A stretch of 56,984 bases of DNA from the IMG/VR virus record IMGVR_UViG_3300033987_000026; one strand, written 5' to 3'. The stretch is from a virus. Every line of letters starts with the position of its first letter. The stretch's first letter is position 1. The notes beneath the pieces are model-generated. The model was not told the DNA's origin. It saw only the letters and a program-made list of their open reading frames with translations, and searched no databases. Below are positions 27,290-36,099 of this stretch, in pieces. Both the position numbers and the translations under genes were made by a program.

Positions 27290-27568
27290 ATGCCGTTAAT
27301 TAAAGACACCGTCAACAAAGTGTTTGATAAAGCCAGCGTGCATAAAGGAGATTTAATCAGGGCGAAACATGAGACATGGGATGAACCCAGGAATGGGATT
27401 GTAACAGCGGTGAGCGATGAAAAGCTGACCGTTTTATTTTTGCCAGGCCTGGGGAACGTCACAAACTACTTCACAATATTTGCTTCAGAGGTATCTGCCG
27501 GCAAATGGGCGGTCAAATGGACCACCGACATGGAGACCATCAATTCTGAAGGCACGGCAGGCGAATGA
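27290..27568 (+). CDS. Hypothetical protein
   Basis: GGAAGGAGGG RBS. Structural operon context. Confidence 0.5.
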   Translation: MPLIKDTVNKVFDKASVHKGDLIRAKHETWDEPRNGIVTAVSDEKLTVLFLPGLGNVTNYFTIFASEVSAGKWAVKWTTDMETINSEGTAGE

Positions 27569-28461
27569 CAATGACGCTGGAGGATTTGATTTATAACCGA
27601 CTTATAGCCAGCAAGGACCTGACGGACAAGCTGGCCAAGTTCAACAAACTGCCGGCAATTTTCTACCAGGCAGCTCCTGGAGATCAGGAGGAAGGCTGGA
27701 AAGGCAAAAAACAGTACCCGCGAATTGATTTCGTGGTAGACATGCAGGCCAATCCGGAAAGACAGAGCTCCGGATTAATGACGCTTAACATATGGTGCGA
27801 CGAGGCCGGAACGCCTCCGGAAGAAATAGAGCCGGAAGTGCGTGCTGCTTTATGTGATGTGTTCATGCAGCCGGCCGAACAGCCTCCGTACTGCCTGGCC
27901 TGGGTAAGGTCTGACAGCTTCGAAGTAAGCGCAAACACAATAAAAGGATCCCATGTAAATGGCATAACAGTTCTTTTTGACGTGCTGGCTTTTCCCTGCC
28001 AAGAGACAACAGACCCGGATCCCATCATGGCCATGAACGAGTTCATCAAGGAATGGGAACCAGCCGCTGTATTGATAGGCCGTGACAAGATCCAGGATTA
28101 CTTCACAACAGCAAACGACAAGCCTGCATTTTATTTCAGGCTTGCGACATTGGAAACGGCCGAGGAAACAAATACAGTGGCCTGGATGAACGGAAGCATA
28201 GCTGGCCATATATTCGCTCCAACTGCGGAAGCAAGGCTACAATGGCTTAAATACCTCGTAGACACGCTGGCAACCCAGGGAGAGGTTACAATGCTGGACA
28301 CATCTCCCATGTTCATACGGAGCATAAGAGCCGACAGCGCGGCCAATTACCTCATTACAGGCCAGCTCCAAATCAATGTGCGGTTTGGTATACTTCGCAG
28401 GCCAAAATATGCGCATGTACTGGCGAAGACGAATATCGCAGGAACAGATTATGAAGAATAG
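27565..28461 (+). CDS. Hypothetical structural protein (possible tail terminator-like N-terminus)
   Basis: ATGA overlap. Position just upstream of the sheath gene. Confidence 0.5.
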   Translation: MTMTLEDLIYNRLIASKDLTDKLAKFNKLPAIFYQAAPGDQEEGWKGKKQYPRIDFVVDMQANPERQSSGLMTLNIWCDEAGTPPEEIEPEVRAALCDVFMQPAEQPPYCLAWVRSDSFEVSANTIKGSHVNGITVLFDVLAFPCQETTDPDPIMAMNEFIKEWEPAAVLIGRDKIQDYFTTANDKPAFYFRLATLETAEETNTVAWMNGSIAGHIFAPTAEARLQWLKYLVDTLATQGEVTMLDTSPMFIRSIRADSAANYLITGQLQINVRFGILRRPKYAHVLAKTNIAGTDYEE

Positions 28462-28472
28462 GAGGTTATTCT

Positions 28473-28700
28473 ATGGCTGAAAAAACCGAGAACACCAAGA
28501 AGACCAGCTCTGTGGAGCCGACAACCCCGGAGCCCGAATACACAGCCGAAGAGCTCGCTGCAGCATCAGAAAAGGTATTCGGTAAAAAGGTCATGCCTGA
28601 ATGCGTAATGGCTGCCTTCCGCGTGGCAGGCGTCGAAAAAGCCACAAAAACACAGGCAGCAAAAATAGTAAAAGATTTCATGACGAAGGAGGTCAAGTAA
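28473..28700 (+). CDS. Hypothetical protein
   Basis: AGGAGG RBS. 75 aa. Confidence 0.5.
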   Translation: MAEKTENTKKTSSVEPTTPEPEYTAEELAAASEKVFGKKVMPECVMAAFRVAGVEKATKTQAAKIVKDFMTKEVK

Positions 28701-28701
28701 C

Positions 28702-30114
28702 ATGGCAGGAGTTTTCACGATAGGTGAAAAGAAAGTCCGCCCTGGAGTCTATACCAGATATGAGAATGCCGGCGGAGTAACACCGGCAGGAGCCGTAAAC
28801 GGTATAGGCGCAGTAGTTATAAGGGCAAACTGGGGACCGCTCAACAAGCTCGTAGAACTTGACAGCCCCAGTGCGGCAACTTCCACCTTTGGAACAGAGC
28901 TCACCGTGGACGCAATCACAGAGATGTTCAACGGAGGCTGCAGCAAAGTAAAAGCAGTAAGAGCAGGATCCGGAGGAACCGCCGCAACAATAACCCTCAA
29001 AGACGGCGCTTCAACTGACGTGGTAAAAATCACCGCGAAATACGTCGGTAACCGTCCGTTCAATGTAACCATTAGGGACAGTTTGCTGAACGACGATAAG
29101 CGCGAATGCATCATCTATTCAGGGACCACAGAGTTTGAAAAGGTGGAATTTGCAAAGGGAGCAACCGGAGCAGGAGAGCCAGCAGATCTCGTGGCGGCAT
29201 TCGCCAACAGCAAGAACTTCACAGCAGAAAAACTCGCCGACGGAAACAAGGTGCTGGCAACAGTGGCCCAGGCAGCCATGACAGCCGGAACCAACCCGAC
29301 TGTAACCACCACCGAATACAGTGCAGCGCTTAATATTCTGGAAGCAGGCAAGTGGAACGTGCTGTGCGTAGACACATCTGACACGGCAGTTCATGCACTG
29401 GTACAGTCCTTCATCCAGAGGATCTACCTCGCCGGAGCCACACCGATGGCCTGCGTAGCAGAGACAAAGGATGTGGACCTTGATACCAGGATGAACCATG
29501 CTGCAGCATTCAACGATGAGAAAATGGTCTACGTCTTGAACTCGGCATACGACGCCAGCGGAAACCTTTATGACGGATACAAGCTGGCAGCCAGGATCGG
29601 TGGCATGATAGCAGCCGTAGCTTCCAACACCAGCCTGACCCACACCGTGGTAAACGGATTTGTTTCTCTCGCAGAGGCGCTGACAAATAGCCAGATTGAA
29701 AAGGCGCTGCAGAAAGGCTGCATCGTTCTCACAGTGAACGCAAGCGACCAGATCTGGATCGAGAGCGCCATCAATACCCTGGTAACACCAAGCGGCAACC
29801 AGGATGAAGGCTGGAAGAAAATCCGCAGGACCAAGACCAGGTTTGAGCTCATCGAAAGGATAGTAGCAACCACCGATCCACTGATCGGCAAGATAAACAA
29901 CGACAGTGACGGAAGAGCGACATTCATAGCTGCGGCCCAGGGCGTAGTAAACGCCATGATCGGCGAGAAGAAACTCCTGGACGGTACCGTTTATGAGGAT
30001 CCACTCAATCCGCCTGCGGGAGACAGCGCATGGTTTGTAATTGCTGTTGATGATATCGACAGTATAGAAAAGGCATATCTGACCTTCAAGTTCAGATTTT
30101 CGCCTGAATCTTAA
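28702..30114 (+). CDS. Tail sheath protein (XkdK-like)
   Basis: N-terminus MAGVFTIGEKKVRPGVYTRYEN typical of sheath proteins. 470 aa, followed by the tube gene. Confidence 0.9.
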   Translation: MAGVFTIGEKKVRPGVYTRYENAGGVTPAGAVNGIGAVVIRANWGPLNKLVELDSPSAATSTFGTELTVDAITEMFNGGCSKVKAVRAGSGGTAATITLKDGASTDVVKITAKYVGNRPFNVTIRDSLLNDDKRECIIYSGTTEFEKVEFAKGATGAGEPADLVAAFANSKNFTAEKLADGNKVLATVAQAAMTAGTNPTVTTTEYSAALNILEAGKWNVLCVDTSDTAVHALVQSFIQRIYLAGATPMACVAETKDVDLDTRMNHAAAFNDEKMVYVLNSAYDASGNLYDGYKLAARIGGMIAAVASNTSLTHTVVNGFVSLAEALTNSQIEKALQKGCIVLTVNASDQIWIESAINTLVTPSGNQDEGWKKIRRTKTRFELIERIVATTDPLIGKINNDSDGRATFIAAAQGVVNAMIGEKKLLDGTVYEDPLNPPAGDSAWFVIAVDDIDSIEKAYLTFKFRFSPES

Positions 30115-30130
30115 GGAAGGAGGATAAGGC

Positions 30131-30586
30131 ATGTTAAATAACAGAGCACCGATTGATGCCAGGAAAGTATTGACCGGGAAAGACGGCGCGCTTTACAACG
30201 ACGAGGGCGTCATGCTGGCCACCGTTGAAACATTCCAGACCCAGGTCAATGTGACAAATGCTAAATATCAGCCGCTGGGAGACGCACAAGAGCATGAAGT
30301 GTTCCAGGCCTATGGCGTGACCCTAACCTTCACAGAAGTGGTAATCGCAGACGAGCGCTTCATCCAGGAGCTGTTCGAAGGAATGAAGACCGGAGTAATG
30401 CCGGCTTGGAATTTCCAAGGCGTGGTAAAGGGACGCAACGGGAGCGAACAGCGCATGATTTACAGACAGTGCGTACCAAGCGGCACTATAGATCTGCAGA
30501 ACCTTTCCGTGGGAGATACCATCAAGAGAGCCTGGAGCCTCTTTGTCAATGATCCTCCGGAATTGCAAAGCTTGTTAACCGCCTAA
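30131..30586 (+). CDS. Tail tube protein (XkdM-like)
   Basis: Size, position and XkdM-like sequence pattern. Confidence 0.8.
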   Translation: MLNNRAPIDARKVLTGKDGALYNDEGVMLATVETFQTQVNVTNAKYQPLGDAQEHEVFQAYGVTLTFTEVVIADERFIQELFEGMKTGVMPAWNFQGVVKGRNGSEQRMIYRQCVPSGTIDLQNLSVGDTIKRAWSLFVNDPPELQSLLTA

Positions 30587-30637
30587 TACGCAACCTAATA
30601 CGCAATGGAAGCGTGCAGGCATATAACCAAATATTTA

Positions 30638-30671
30638 TGGCCGTCCTGCACACCAGGGCGGCCAATTTTTT
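30638..30671 (+). terminator. Rho-independent terminator after the tube gene
   Basis: TGGCCGTCCTG-CACAC-CAGGGCGGCCA (one G-T pair) followed by ATTTTTT. Confidence 0.65.
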
Positions 30672-30693
30672 AATTTAAGGAGGTTATGAAATC

Positions 30694-31212
30694 ATGGCAA
30701 ACGATAAAATCGAAAAAGCCAGAATTGAAGAAATTGAGCTTACTGAAGAGGAGAACAAGGGCCAGTTAAGAGCATACGAGGACGATATCCTCAAAGGTTT
30801 GCTGGCGGCTGCAAACTTTAAGACTGAGGAAGACAACATTCAAACAATCGAGATAGCCAGAAACGGCGTGGTTCTCTTTAAATTCCGCATTCGTCCTTTG
30901 ACCGAGGAAGAATACCAGGCCTGCAAAGAGAAATACACCAAATACGTCAGGAACAAACAGCTCGGCATTAAATTCCCTGAATATACCGACACCGTAAGAT
31001 ACAGAAGCGCTCTGATATACCAGGCAACCATAGAAGAGGACAGGGCAAAGATCTGGGATAACAAGAGTGCATGGAAGGCTTTAAATGTGCTCAATGGTGT
31101 GGACCTTATCGACAAGACATTGCTCGCAGGAGAAAAGGACGCCGTGCTTGAGCTTATCGACAAAATCAGCGGTTATTCAGTTACTGCAGAGGAAACCGCA
31201 AAAAACTCATAA
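30694..31212 (+). CDS. Tail assembly chaperone (XkdN-like), zero-frame product
   Basis: Position between the tube and tape measure genes. Ends just after the slippery heptamer. Confidence 0.75.
   Translation: MANDKIEKARIEEIELTEEENKGQLRAYEDDILKGLLAAANFKTEEDNIQTIEIARNGVVLFKFRIRPLTEEEYQACKEKYTKYVRNKQLGIKFPEYTDTVRYRSALIYQATIEEDRAKIWDNKSAWKALNVLNGVDLIDKTLLAGEKDAVLELIDKISGYSVTAEETAKNS
31200..31206 (+). promoter_or_regulatory. Slippery heptamer A_AAA_AAC for -1 programmed frameshift
   Basis: In-frame X_XXY_YYZ at GCA AAA AAC, 4 nt before the stop codon. The -1 frame stays open to 31370. Confidence 0.6.
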
Positions 31213-31370
31213 AGGCCGGGGGAATGGCCACCCTGCTTCATCACATATTCCAGCGGATGGGCATTCCTCCGGACGAGGTTATGGCCAAACCGCCAGGAGT
31301 GAGAGCTTTCATGTTAGCCTCTATGCGCGTGCAGCTTGAGGAAGAAAATAATTCAGAAACAGACGAATAA
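31206..31370 (+). CDS. Frameshift extension of the tail assembly chaperone (-1 frame)
   Basis: The -1 frame encodes LIKAGGMATLLHHIFQRMGIPPDEVMAKPPGVRAFMLASMRVQLEEENNSETDE. Too short to appear in the ORF track. Confidence 0.55.
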   Translation, partial: LIKAGGMATLLHHIFQRMGIPPDEVMAKPPGVRAFMLASMRVQLEEENNSETDE

Positions 31371-31374
31371 CCTC

Positions 31375-31420
31375 TTGACTTTCTGTGGCACAATAATTAT
31401 AATTTAATTGTGGCACAGAA
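31375..31420 (+). promoter_or_regulatory. Consensus-like promoter with symmetric operator
   Basis: TTGACT (31375-80), 17-nt spacer, TATAAT (31398-403). TTCTGTGGCACAAT (31381-94) and ATTGTGGCACAGAA (31407-20) flank the -10. Confidence 0.65.
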
Positions 31421-31434
31421 AGTGAGGTGATGAA

Positions 31435-31611
31435 GTGAGTCCACGCACCGGAAGACCGAAGTTAGATAAGCCTAAAACCATTGAGGTTAAAGCAAGGATC
31501 GATGAAGAAATGAACAATCGATTAAAGGAATATTGCAGAAAGAACAATATGACAAGAACCGAAGTGGTAAGAAAAGGCTTGGAAACGGTATTAAGAGAAG
31601 AAAAAGAATAA
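31435..31611 (+). CDS. Ribbon-helix-helix (CopG/Arc-like) regulator, 58 aa
   Basis: GTG start after GAGGTG. PRTGRPKLDKPKTIEVKARIDEEMNNRLKEYC...RTEVVRKGLE pattern. Not in the track (under 60 aa). Confidence 0.65.
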   Translation: MSPRTGRPKLDKPKTIEVKARIDEEMNNRLKEYCRKNNMTRTEVVRKGLETVLREEKE

Positions 31612-31720
31612 AAAATGGCACCCGCCGTCCCGTCAAGAACAAAGCGAGTGCCACCCACCAGCCGAAGCTGATAAATACATTCTATCAGACTTCCGGCTGA
31701 AAAACAAGGAGGTTAATAGA

Positions 31721-31948
31721 ATGTCGCAAATCGAAAAGTTATATGAAGCTTACTGCGTAGAACAAAGCCACGCACCAATGTCACAAGAAACCATGCGTCT
31801 ACATGAAGTTTTATCAAGTATGCTTCCTCATAAGGAATATATGAAAGTAGAGGAACTTATCACAGCCAGCTATAACGAGCGAGACAAAGAATTCTTTTTT
31901 GCTGGATTCAAAGCAGCAATGAGATTATGGGTAGAGGCGATGAAATGA
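31721..31948 (+). CDS. Small helical hypothetical protein
   Basis: AAGGAGG RBS. KEFFFAGFKAAMRLW C-terminal motif seen in Firmicutes mobile elements. Confidence 0.55.
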   Translation: MSQIEKLYEAYCVEQSHAPMSQETMRLHEVLSSMLPHKEYMKVEELITASYNERDKEFFFAGFKAAMRLWVEAMK

Positions 31949-32430
31949 AAAAACTCGATCTCACAGGTCAGCGTTTCGGAAGGCTGGTAGTAATTGAGGA
32001 AGCAGGTCACTCATCTGATGGGCGCGTAAGGTGGCTATGTAAGTGTGACTGCGGAAATTATACGTCCACTCCAAGCACAAAAACACTGCGAAATGGAACC
32101 TGCAGAAGCTGTGGATGTATCGAAAAAGAGCGACCTAACAAGCGAACGCATGGGAAGTCCAGTACAAAATTATTCCACGTTTGGAATGGTATGAAACAAA
32201 GGTGTTATAATCCCAATAACAGAAGTTATAAAACCTATGGAAGCAGAGGCATTAAAGTTTGCGACGAGTGGCGTGATGATTTTATGGCATTCCATGATTG
32301 GGCTATAGCCAATGGTTATGAGGAAGGACTTACAATAGATAGGATTGATAACGACGGGGATTATGAACCAAACAACTGTAGATGGATTACCCGACAAGAA
32401 AATGTAAGCAAAATGAGAAAAGAACAATAA
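31945..32430 (+). CDS. HNH_3/AP2-like putative homing-endonuclease-type DNA-binding protein
   Basis: CKCDCGN...CRSCGC zinc motif. YGSRGIKVCDEW and LTIDRIDNDGDYEPNNCRW. ATGA overlap with the upstream ORF. Confidence 0.65.
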   Translation: MKKLDLTGQRFGRLVVIEEAGHSSDGRVRWLCKCDCGNYTSTPSTKTLRNGTCRSCGCIEKERPNKRTHGKSSTKLFHVWNGMKQRCYNPNNRSYKTYGSRGIKVCDEWRDDFMAFHDWAIANGYEEGLTIDRIDNDGDYEPNNCRWITRQENVSKMRKEQ

Positions 32431-32450
32431 TAGCAATGGCGCTAACAATG

Positions 32451-32478
32451 AACACTGGGAAAACCCAGTGTTTTTGTT
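32451..32478 (+). terminator. Rho-independent terminator closing the inserted cassette
   Basis: AACACTGGG-AAAA-CCCAGTGTT followed by TTTGTT. Confidence 0.75.
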
Positions 32479-32505
32479 ATGGAAAATAAAGAAAGGAGGT
32501 GCAAT

Positions 32506-35500
32506 ATGGCTGCAGAGGTTTTCAGGATCGAGATCCCAATTAGTGTCGAGGATAAGACGGATCCTGGCGTTTCCCAGGCAACGCGAAAGATAAACGGATT
32601 TGACAAGGCCAACCAAAAGACGCAAGAGCGGCTGAACCAGATGAACAAAACCAAATACCAGATCGTTCTTGATGCGCTGGATAGAGCATCAAGCATTGTC
32701 GGTAAAGTTTCATCAAAAGCACGCAGCATAGCTGGTAAGACATTCAGCTTTACGATGAAAGTAATCGACCTGGCCACAGCACCATTAAAGGCCTTATGGA
32801 ACTTCGCAACCTCCATACAAGGCGCCATACTCGGCGCGACCGGTGCATTTGCCGGTATTTATAAACCGATGGACATAGCCGCCGATTTCGAGCAGACACA
32901 GATCGCATTTGAAACCATGCTAAAAAGCGCCGAGAAGGCAGAAAAATTCCTGAAGGAAGCGTCAGAGTTCGCCAATAAAACACCGTTCGAATTCCCGGAA
33001 CTGATCAACAGTAGTAAGCTGCTGATGGCCTTCGGTTTTGAAGCAGACAATGTGCTTGATATGCTGAAGACCATAGGTGACACGGCCAGCGGCCTGGGAG
33101 CTGGTTCTGAAGGAATAGACCGTATAACGAGAGCACTCGGCCAGATGAGAGCGAAAGGACGAGCACAGGCAGAGGAACTCCTGCAGCTTCAGGAGCTTGG
33201 TGTACCAGTCAACCAAATACTGCAGGAAGAGCTCGGCCTAACCGGAGAACAGATCGCAAACATCGGTAAAGAGAGTATAGAAGCGGCAAAGGTTATAGAT
33301 GCGTTATTACGAGGCATGGATAAACGTTTCGGAGGCATGATGGCCAACCAATCCAGGACCGCCAAGGGTATGATATCAACCCTTAAAGACACTCTTCAAA
33401 ACTCACTTTTGAGGCCCTGGGGACAAGGCCTGTGGGAAGGTATAAAGCCAGGACTTGAAAAGCTCACCAACTGGATAGACGAGAACCAGGACATCATCAC
33501 ACAGTGGGGAGAAGCCTGGAAGAAAGCCGGAGCAAATATTTCCAAGTGGGTAATGGCCAGAGTGGACAACTTAAGAAACAGCATACAGCGCATGGTTAAC
33601 TCCCAGGAATGGAAGGACGCGAAAAACTTCGGTGAAAAGCTGAAGATAGCCTGGGACAAGATCATAGCGCAGCCGTTCAACGAATGGTGGAATTCAACCG
33701 GCAAGGCCTGGCTTGCAGACAAAGCCAGCAAAATCGGTGAAGGAATAGGAACTGCGCTCTCTGCAGGACTGCTGGCCATACTCGGAATAGACGCAAAAGG
33801 CGCCGTAGAGGACGGAACCAGCATAGGAGCTTCATTCGCTGAAGGCTTCCAAAAAGGATTTGACGGCAAGAAGGTAGGTGAGGCACTCCTAAATGCCATA
33901 AAGGGCGTATTCAAAGACGCAGGAACGCTGCTCCCAGGAGGAGAGGAACCAACCAGTACATCCTGGCTGTCGGCCGGAGCAATAGCACTGGCGCTTCAAA
34001 AACTCGGAATTTTCAAGCTGATCGGCAAAGGCGGCAAGGGATTAATTAACCTCTTTGGCAAAGGCAGCAAGAGTGGAACACCTGATACAACAGGCATACC
34101 GTCGGCTTACTCAACAGACACCATGTATGTAACAGCCTCCATAGTTTACGTTTACGGAAAGACTATTCAGGGCCCAGGAGGAGGATCCCCGACAGGAGGT
34201 TCACCATTAGGAGGTTATCCTTCCCTACCAACAGTAACCAAGCCCCCAGCATTACCACCGGCCGGAGGAACACCGTTAGCACTTCCAGGAGCCGCAGGAG
34301 CTGCAGGTAAGGCATTAAACACTGTGCAGTTGGCCAACGGAACATATGTGGTCACAGGCGGAGCATTGGCAACCGGCCTGGCCAAGACCGGCGTAGCACT
34401 CGGCAGCGGAGCAACAACTGCCGGCGGAGCCATAGCAGCCGGAGCTTCAAGTGTTCTGGGCGGCGCGCTCGGTATTGCCGGACTTGGAGCCGGAGCGATA
34501 GACATATACCAGGGCACCAAGAAGACCGGGAAAGAAGCCAAGGACGAATACTGGAAGGGCGGTACCAAGATAGGCATGGTAGGCGCAGGAGCCGGCATAG
34601 GAGCTGCAATAGGCTCGGTGGTACCGGTAATAGGAACAGGCGTAGGAGCTCTTGTAGGAGCCGGAATCGGCGGCGTCGCCGCACTCTTCACCGGAGATAA
34701 AGCAGGAAAAGCCCTATCAGACGCAACAGACAAAGACGGAGCTTTATCAAAGTTCTGGGAAAACACCAAGCAGTGGGCAAGTAACACATGGGACTCCATC
34801 AAGACTGGAGCTTCAAACGCCGGATCCTGGGTGGCCGAGAAGTGGAACGCGGCCGGAGACTGGATCAGCAACAAATGGAGTAGCTTCAGCGACTGGTTCG
34901 ACACTTCGGTATGGACCCCGGTAAAAGACGTCGGAATATCGGCCATTAACATAGCAGCCGGCGCATGGAGTGAAGTCAGAGACTGGGTAGGAGAGAAATG
35001 GATCGATTTCTCCGCATGGTTCGACGAAAGCGTATGGACTCCGGTAAAAGACGCGGCGCAAGCTGCAGGTGAATGGGTAAGCCAGAGATGGGATGAAGCC
35101 AGGACGTGGATCGGAGACAGATGGTCTGATTTTTCTTCCTGGTTTGACGAATCCATATGGACCCCAGTAAGCAATGCAGCGCAGGCAGCCGGCCAATGGG
35201 TAAGTGACCGCTGGAACGAGGCAAGGACATGGATAGGCGAACGCTGGTCCGACTTTTCAACATGGTTTGAAGAGAGCATATGGACCCCGGTCAAAACAGG
35301 AGCCCAGGCGGCAGGTCAGTGGGTAAGCGAAAGATGGAGCGAGGCCAAGGCCTGGGTAAGCGAGACATGGGGAACTGTAAGCACCTGGTTTGATGAAACG
35401 GTATGGCAGCCGGTAAAAAGCGCAGCACTGACAGCCGGAGCATGGCTGGGAGATCAGTTCACAGCGGCAAAGAACGCCATAAGCGAGGCCTGGTCCGGAG

Positions 35501-36099
35501 TATCCGACTGGTTCTCAAATAACGTATGGGAGCCCATCAAGAACGGAGCAACCAAAGCATGGGAATGGGTAGGCGAGAAGCTCGGCGGCATTGGCGAATG
35601 GATCGGAGACCTGGGCCAAAAAGGCTCAAAGGAAACCGGCCTGACAACCAGCAAGGGCAAAGGCAGTATCCTCGAACATGCATACGGCGGAATTATGACA
35701 AAACCGCACATGGGCATCGTGGCCGAGGACGGAGCCGAAAGCCTTATCCCGTTAAGCCCAAGCAAGAGACAAAGAGGCCTTGATTTATGGCAGCGGACCG
35801 GTGAACTTCTCGGAGTCAGGGCCTACGAAGACGGCGGAATAGTAGGCGAGGAACCGGAGGAAATCCCAGTGGCGTCCGCAACCGGAAAAGCCGGCCAAAA
35901 CATAACCATCAAAGTGGAAGTCAAGGCAGAGCCTAAATTCACGATCGAAGGCAGCGGAGATAACACTGACGAAAACAAAGTGGTGGCCATATTGAAAGCC
36001 TATATCCGTGAAATGACCGACGACATAGGAGACGAGCTGGCAGAGAGACTGGCCCGCATTTTTGCAAATATGCCGGTGAAAGGAGGAGCTGAAGCGTAA
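32506..36099 (+). CDS. Tail tape measure protein
   Basis: ~1197 aa. Gly-rich hydrophobic segments, Trp-rich tandem repeats. Position after the chaperone. Confidence 0.9.
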   Translation: MAAEVFRIEIPISVEDKTDPGVSQATRKINGFDKANQKTQERLNQMNKTKYQIVLDALDRASSIVGKVSSKARSIAGKTFSFTMKVIDLATAPLKALWNFATSIQGAILGATGAFAGIYKPMDIAADFEQTQIAFETMLKSAEKAEKFLKEASEFANKTPFEFPELINSSKLLMAFGFEADNVLDMLKTIGDTASGLGAGSEGIDRITRALGQMRAKGRAQAEELLQLQELGVPVNQILQEELGLTGEQIANIGKESIEAAKVIDALLRGMDKRFGGMMANQSRTAKGMISTLKDTLQNSLLRPWGQGLWEGIKPGLEKLTNWIDENQDIITQWGEAWKKAGANISKWVMARVDNLRNSIQRMVNSQEWKDAKNFGEKLKIAWDKIIAQPFNEWWNSTGKAWLADKASKIGEGIGTALSAGLLAILGIDAKGAVEDGTSIGASFAEGFQKGFDGKKVGEALLNAIKGVFKDAGTLLPGGEEPTSTSWLSAGAIALALQKLGIFKLIGKGGKGLINLFGKGSKSGTPDTTGIPSAYSTDTMYVTASIVYVYGKTIQGPGGGSPTGGSPLGGYPSLPTVTKPPALPPAGGTPLALPGAAGAAGKALNTVQLANGTYVVTGGALATGLAKTGVALGSGATTAGGAIAAGASSVLGGALGIAGLGAGAIDIYQGTKKTGKEAKDEYWKGGTKIGMVGAGAGIGAAIGSVVPVIGTGVGALVGAGIGGVAALFTGDKAGKALSDATDKDGALSKFWENTKQWASNTWDSIKTGASNAGSWVAEKWNAAGDWISNKWSSFSDWFDTSVWTPVKDVGISAINIAAGAWSEVRDWVGEKWIDFSAWFDESVWTPVKDAAQAAGEWVSQRWDEARTWIGDRWSDFSSWFDESIWTPVSNAAQAAGQWVSDRWNEARTWIGERWSDFSTWFEESIWTPVKTGAQAAGQWVSERWSEAKAWVSETWGTVSTWFDETVWQPVKSAALTAGAWLGDQFTAAKNAISEAWSGVSDWFSNNVWEPIKNGATKAWEWVGEKLGGIGEWIGDLGQKGSKETGLTTSKGKGSILEHAYGGIMTKPHMGIVAEDGAESLIPLSPSKRQRGLDLWQRTGELLGVRAYEDGGIVGEEPEEIPVASATGKAGQNITIKVEVKAEPKFTIEGSGDNTDENKVVAILKAYIREMTDDIGDELAERLARIFANMPVKGGAEA
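34876..35613 (+). repeat. Six in-frame 123-nt (41-aa) Trp-rich tandem repeats within the tape measure gene
   Basis: W-x-x-F-S-x-WFDES-x-WTPV units starting at 34876, 34999, 35122, 35245, 35368 and 35491. Confidence 0.85.

Noticed and set aside
30582-30605. Tandem 12-bp duplication CCTAATACGCAA x2 overlapping the tube gene stop codon
   Set aside because: The duplication is real, but there are only two copies and no symmetry or recurrence elsewhere that I could find. It is probably a slippage duplication without inferable function.
34215-35294. 359-aa antisense ORF opposite the tape measure gene
   Set aside because: It lies entirely antisense to a well-supported gene and mirrors its tandem repeats. 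It has no RBS or independent signal. The same reasoning applies to the antisense ORFs 5194..6204, 4468..5169, 29119..30132, 22425..23003 and 13617..14246.
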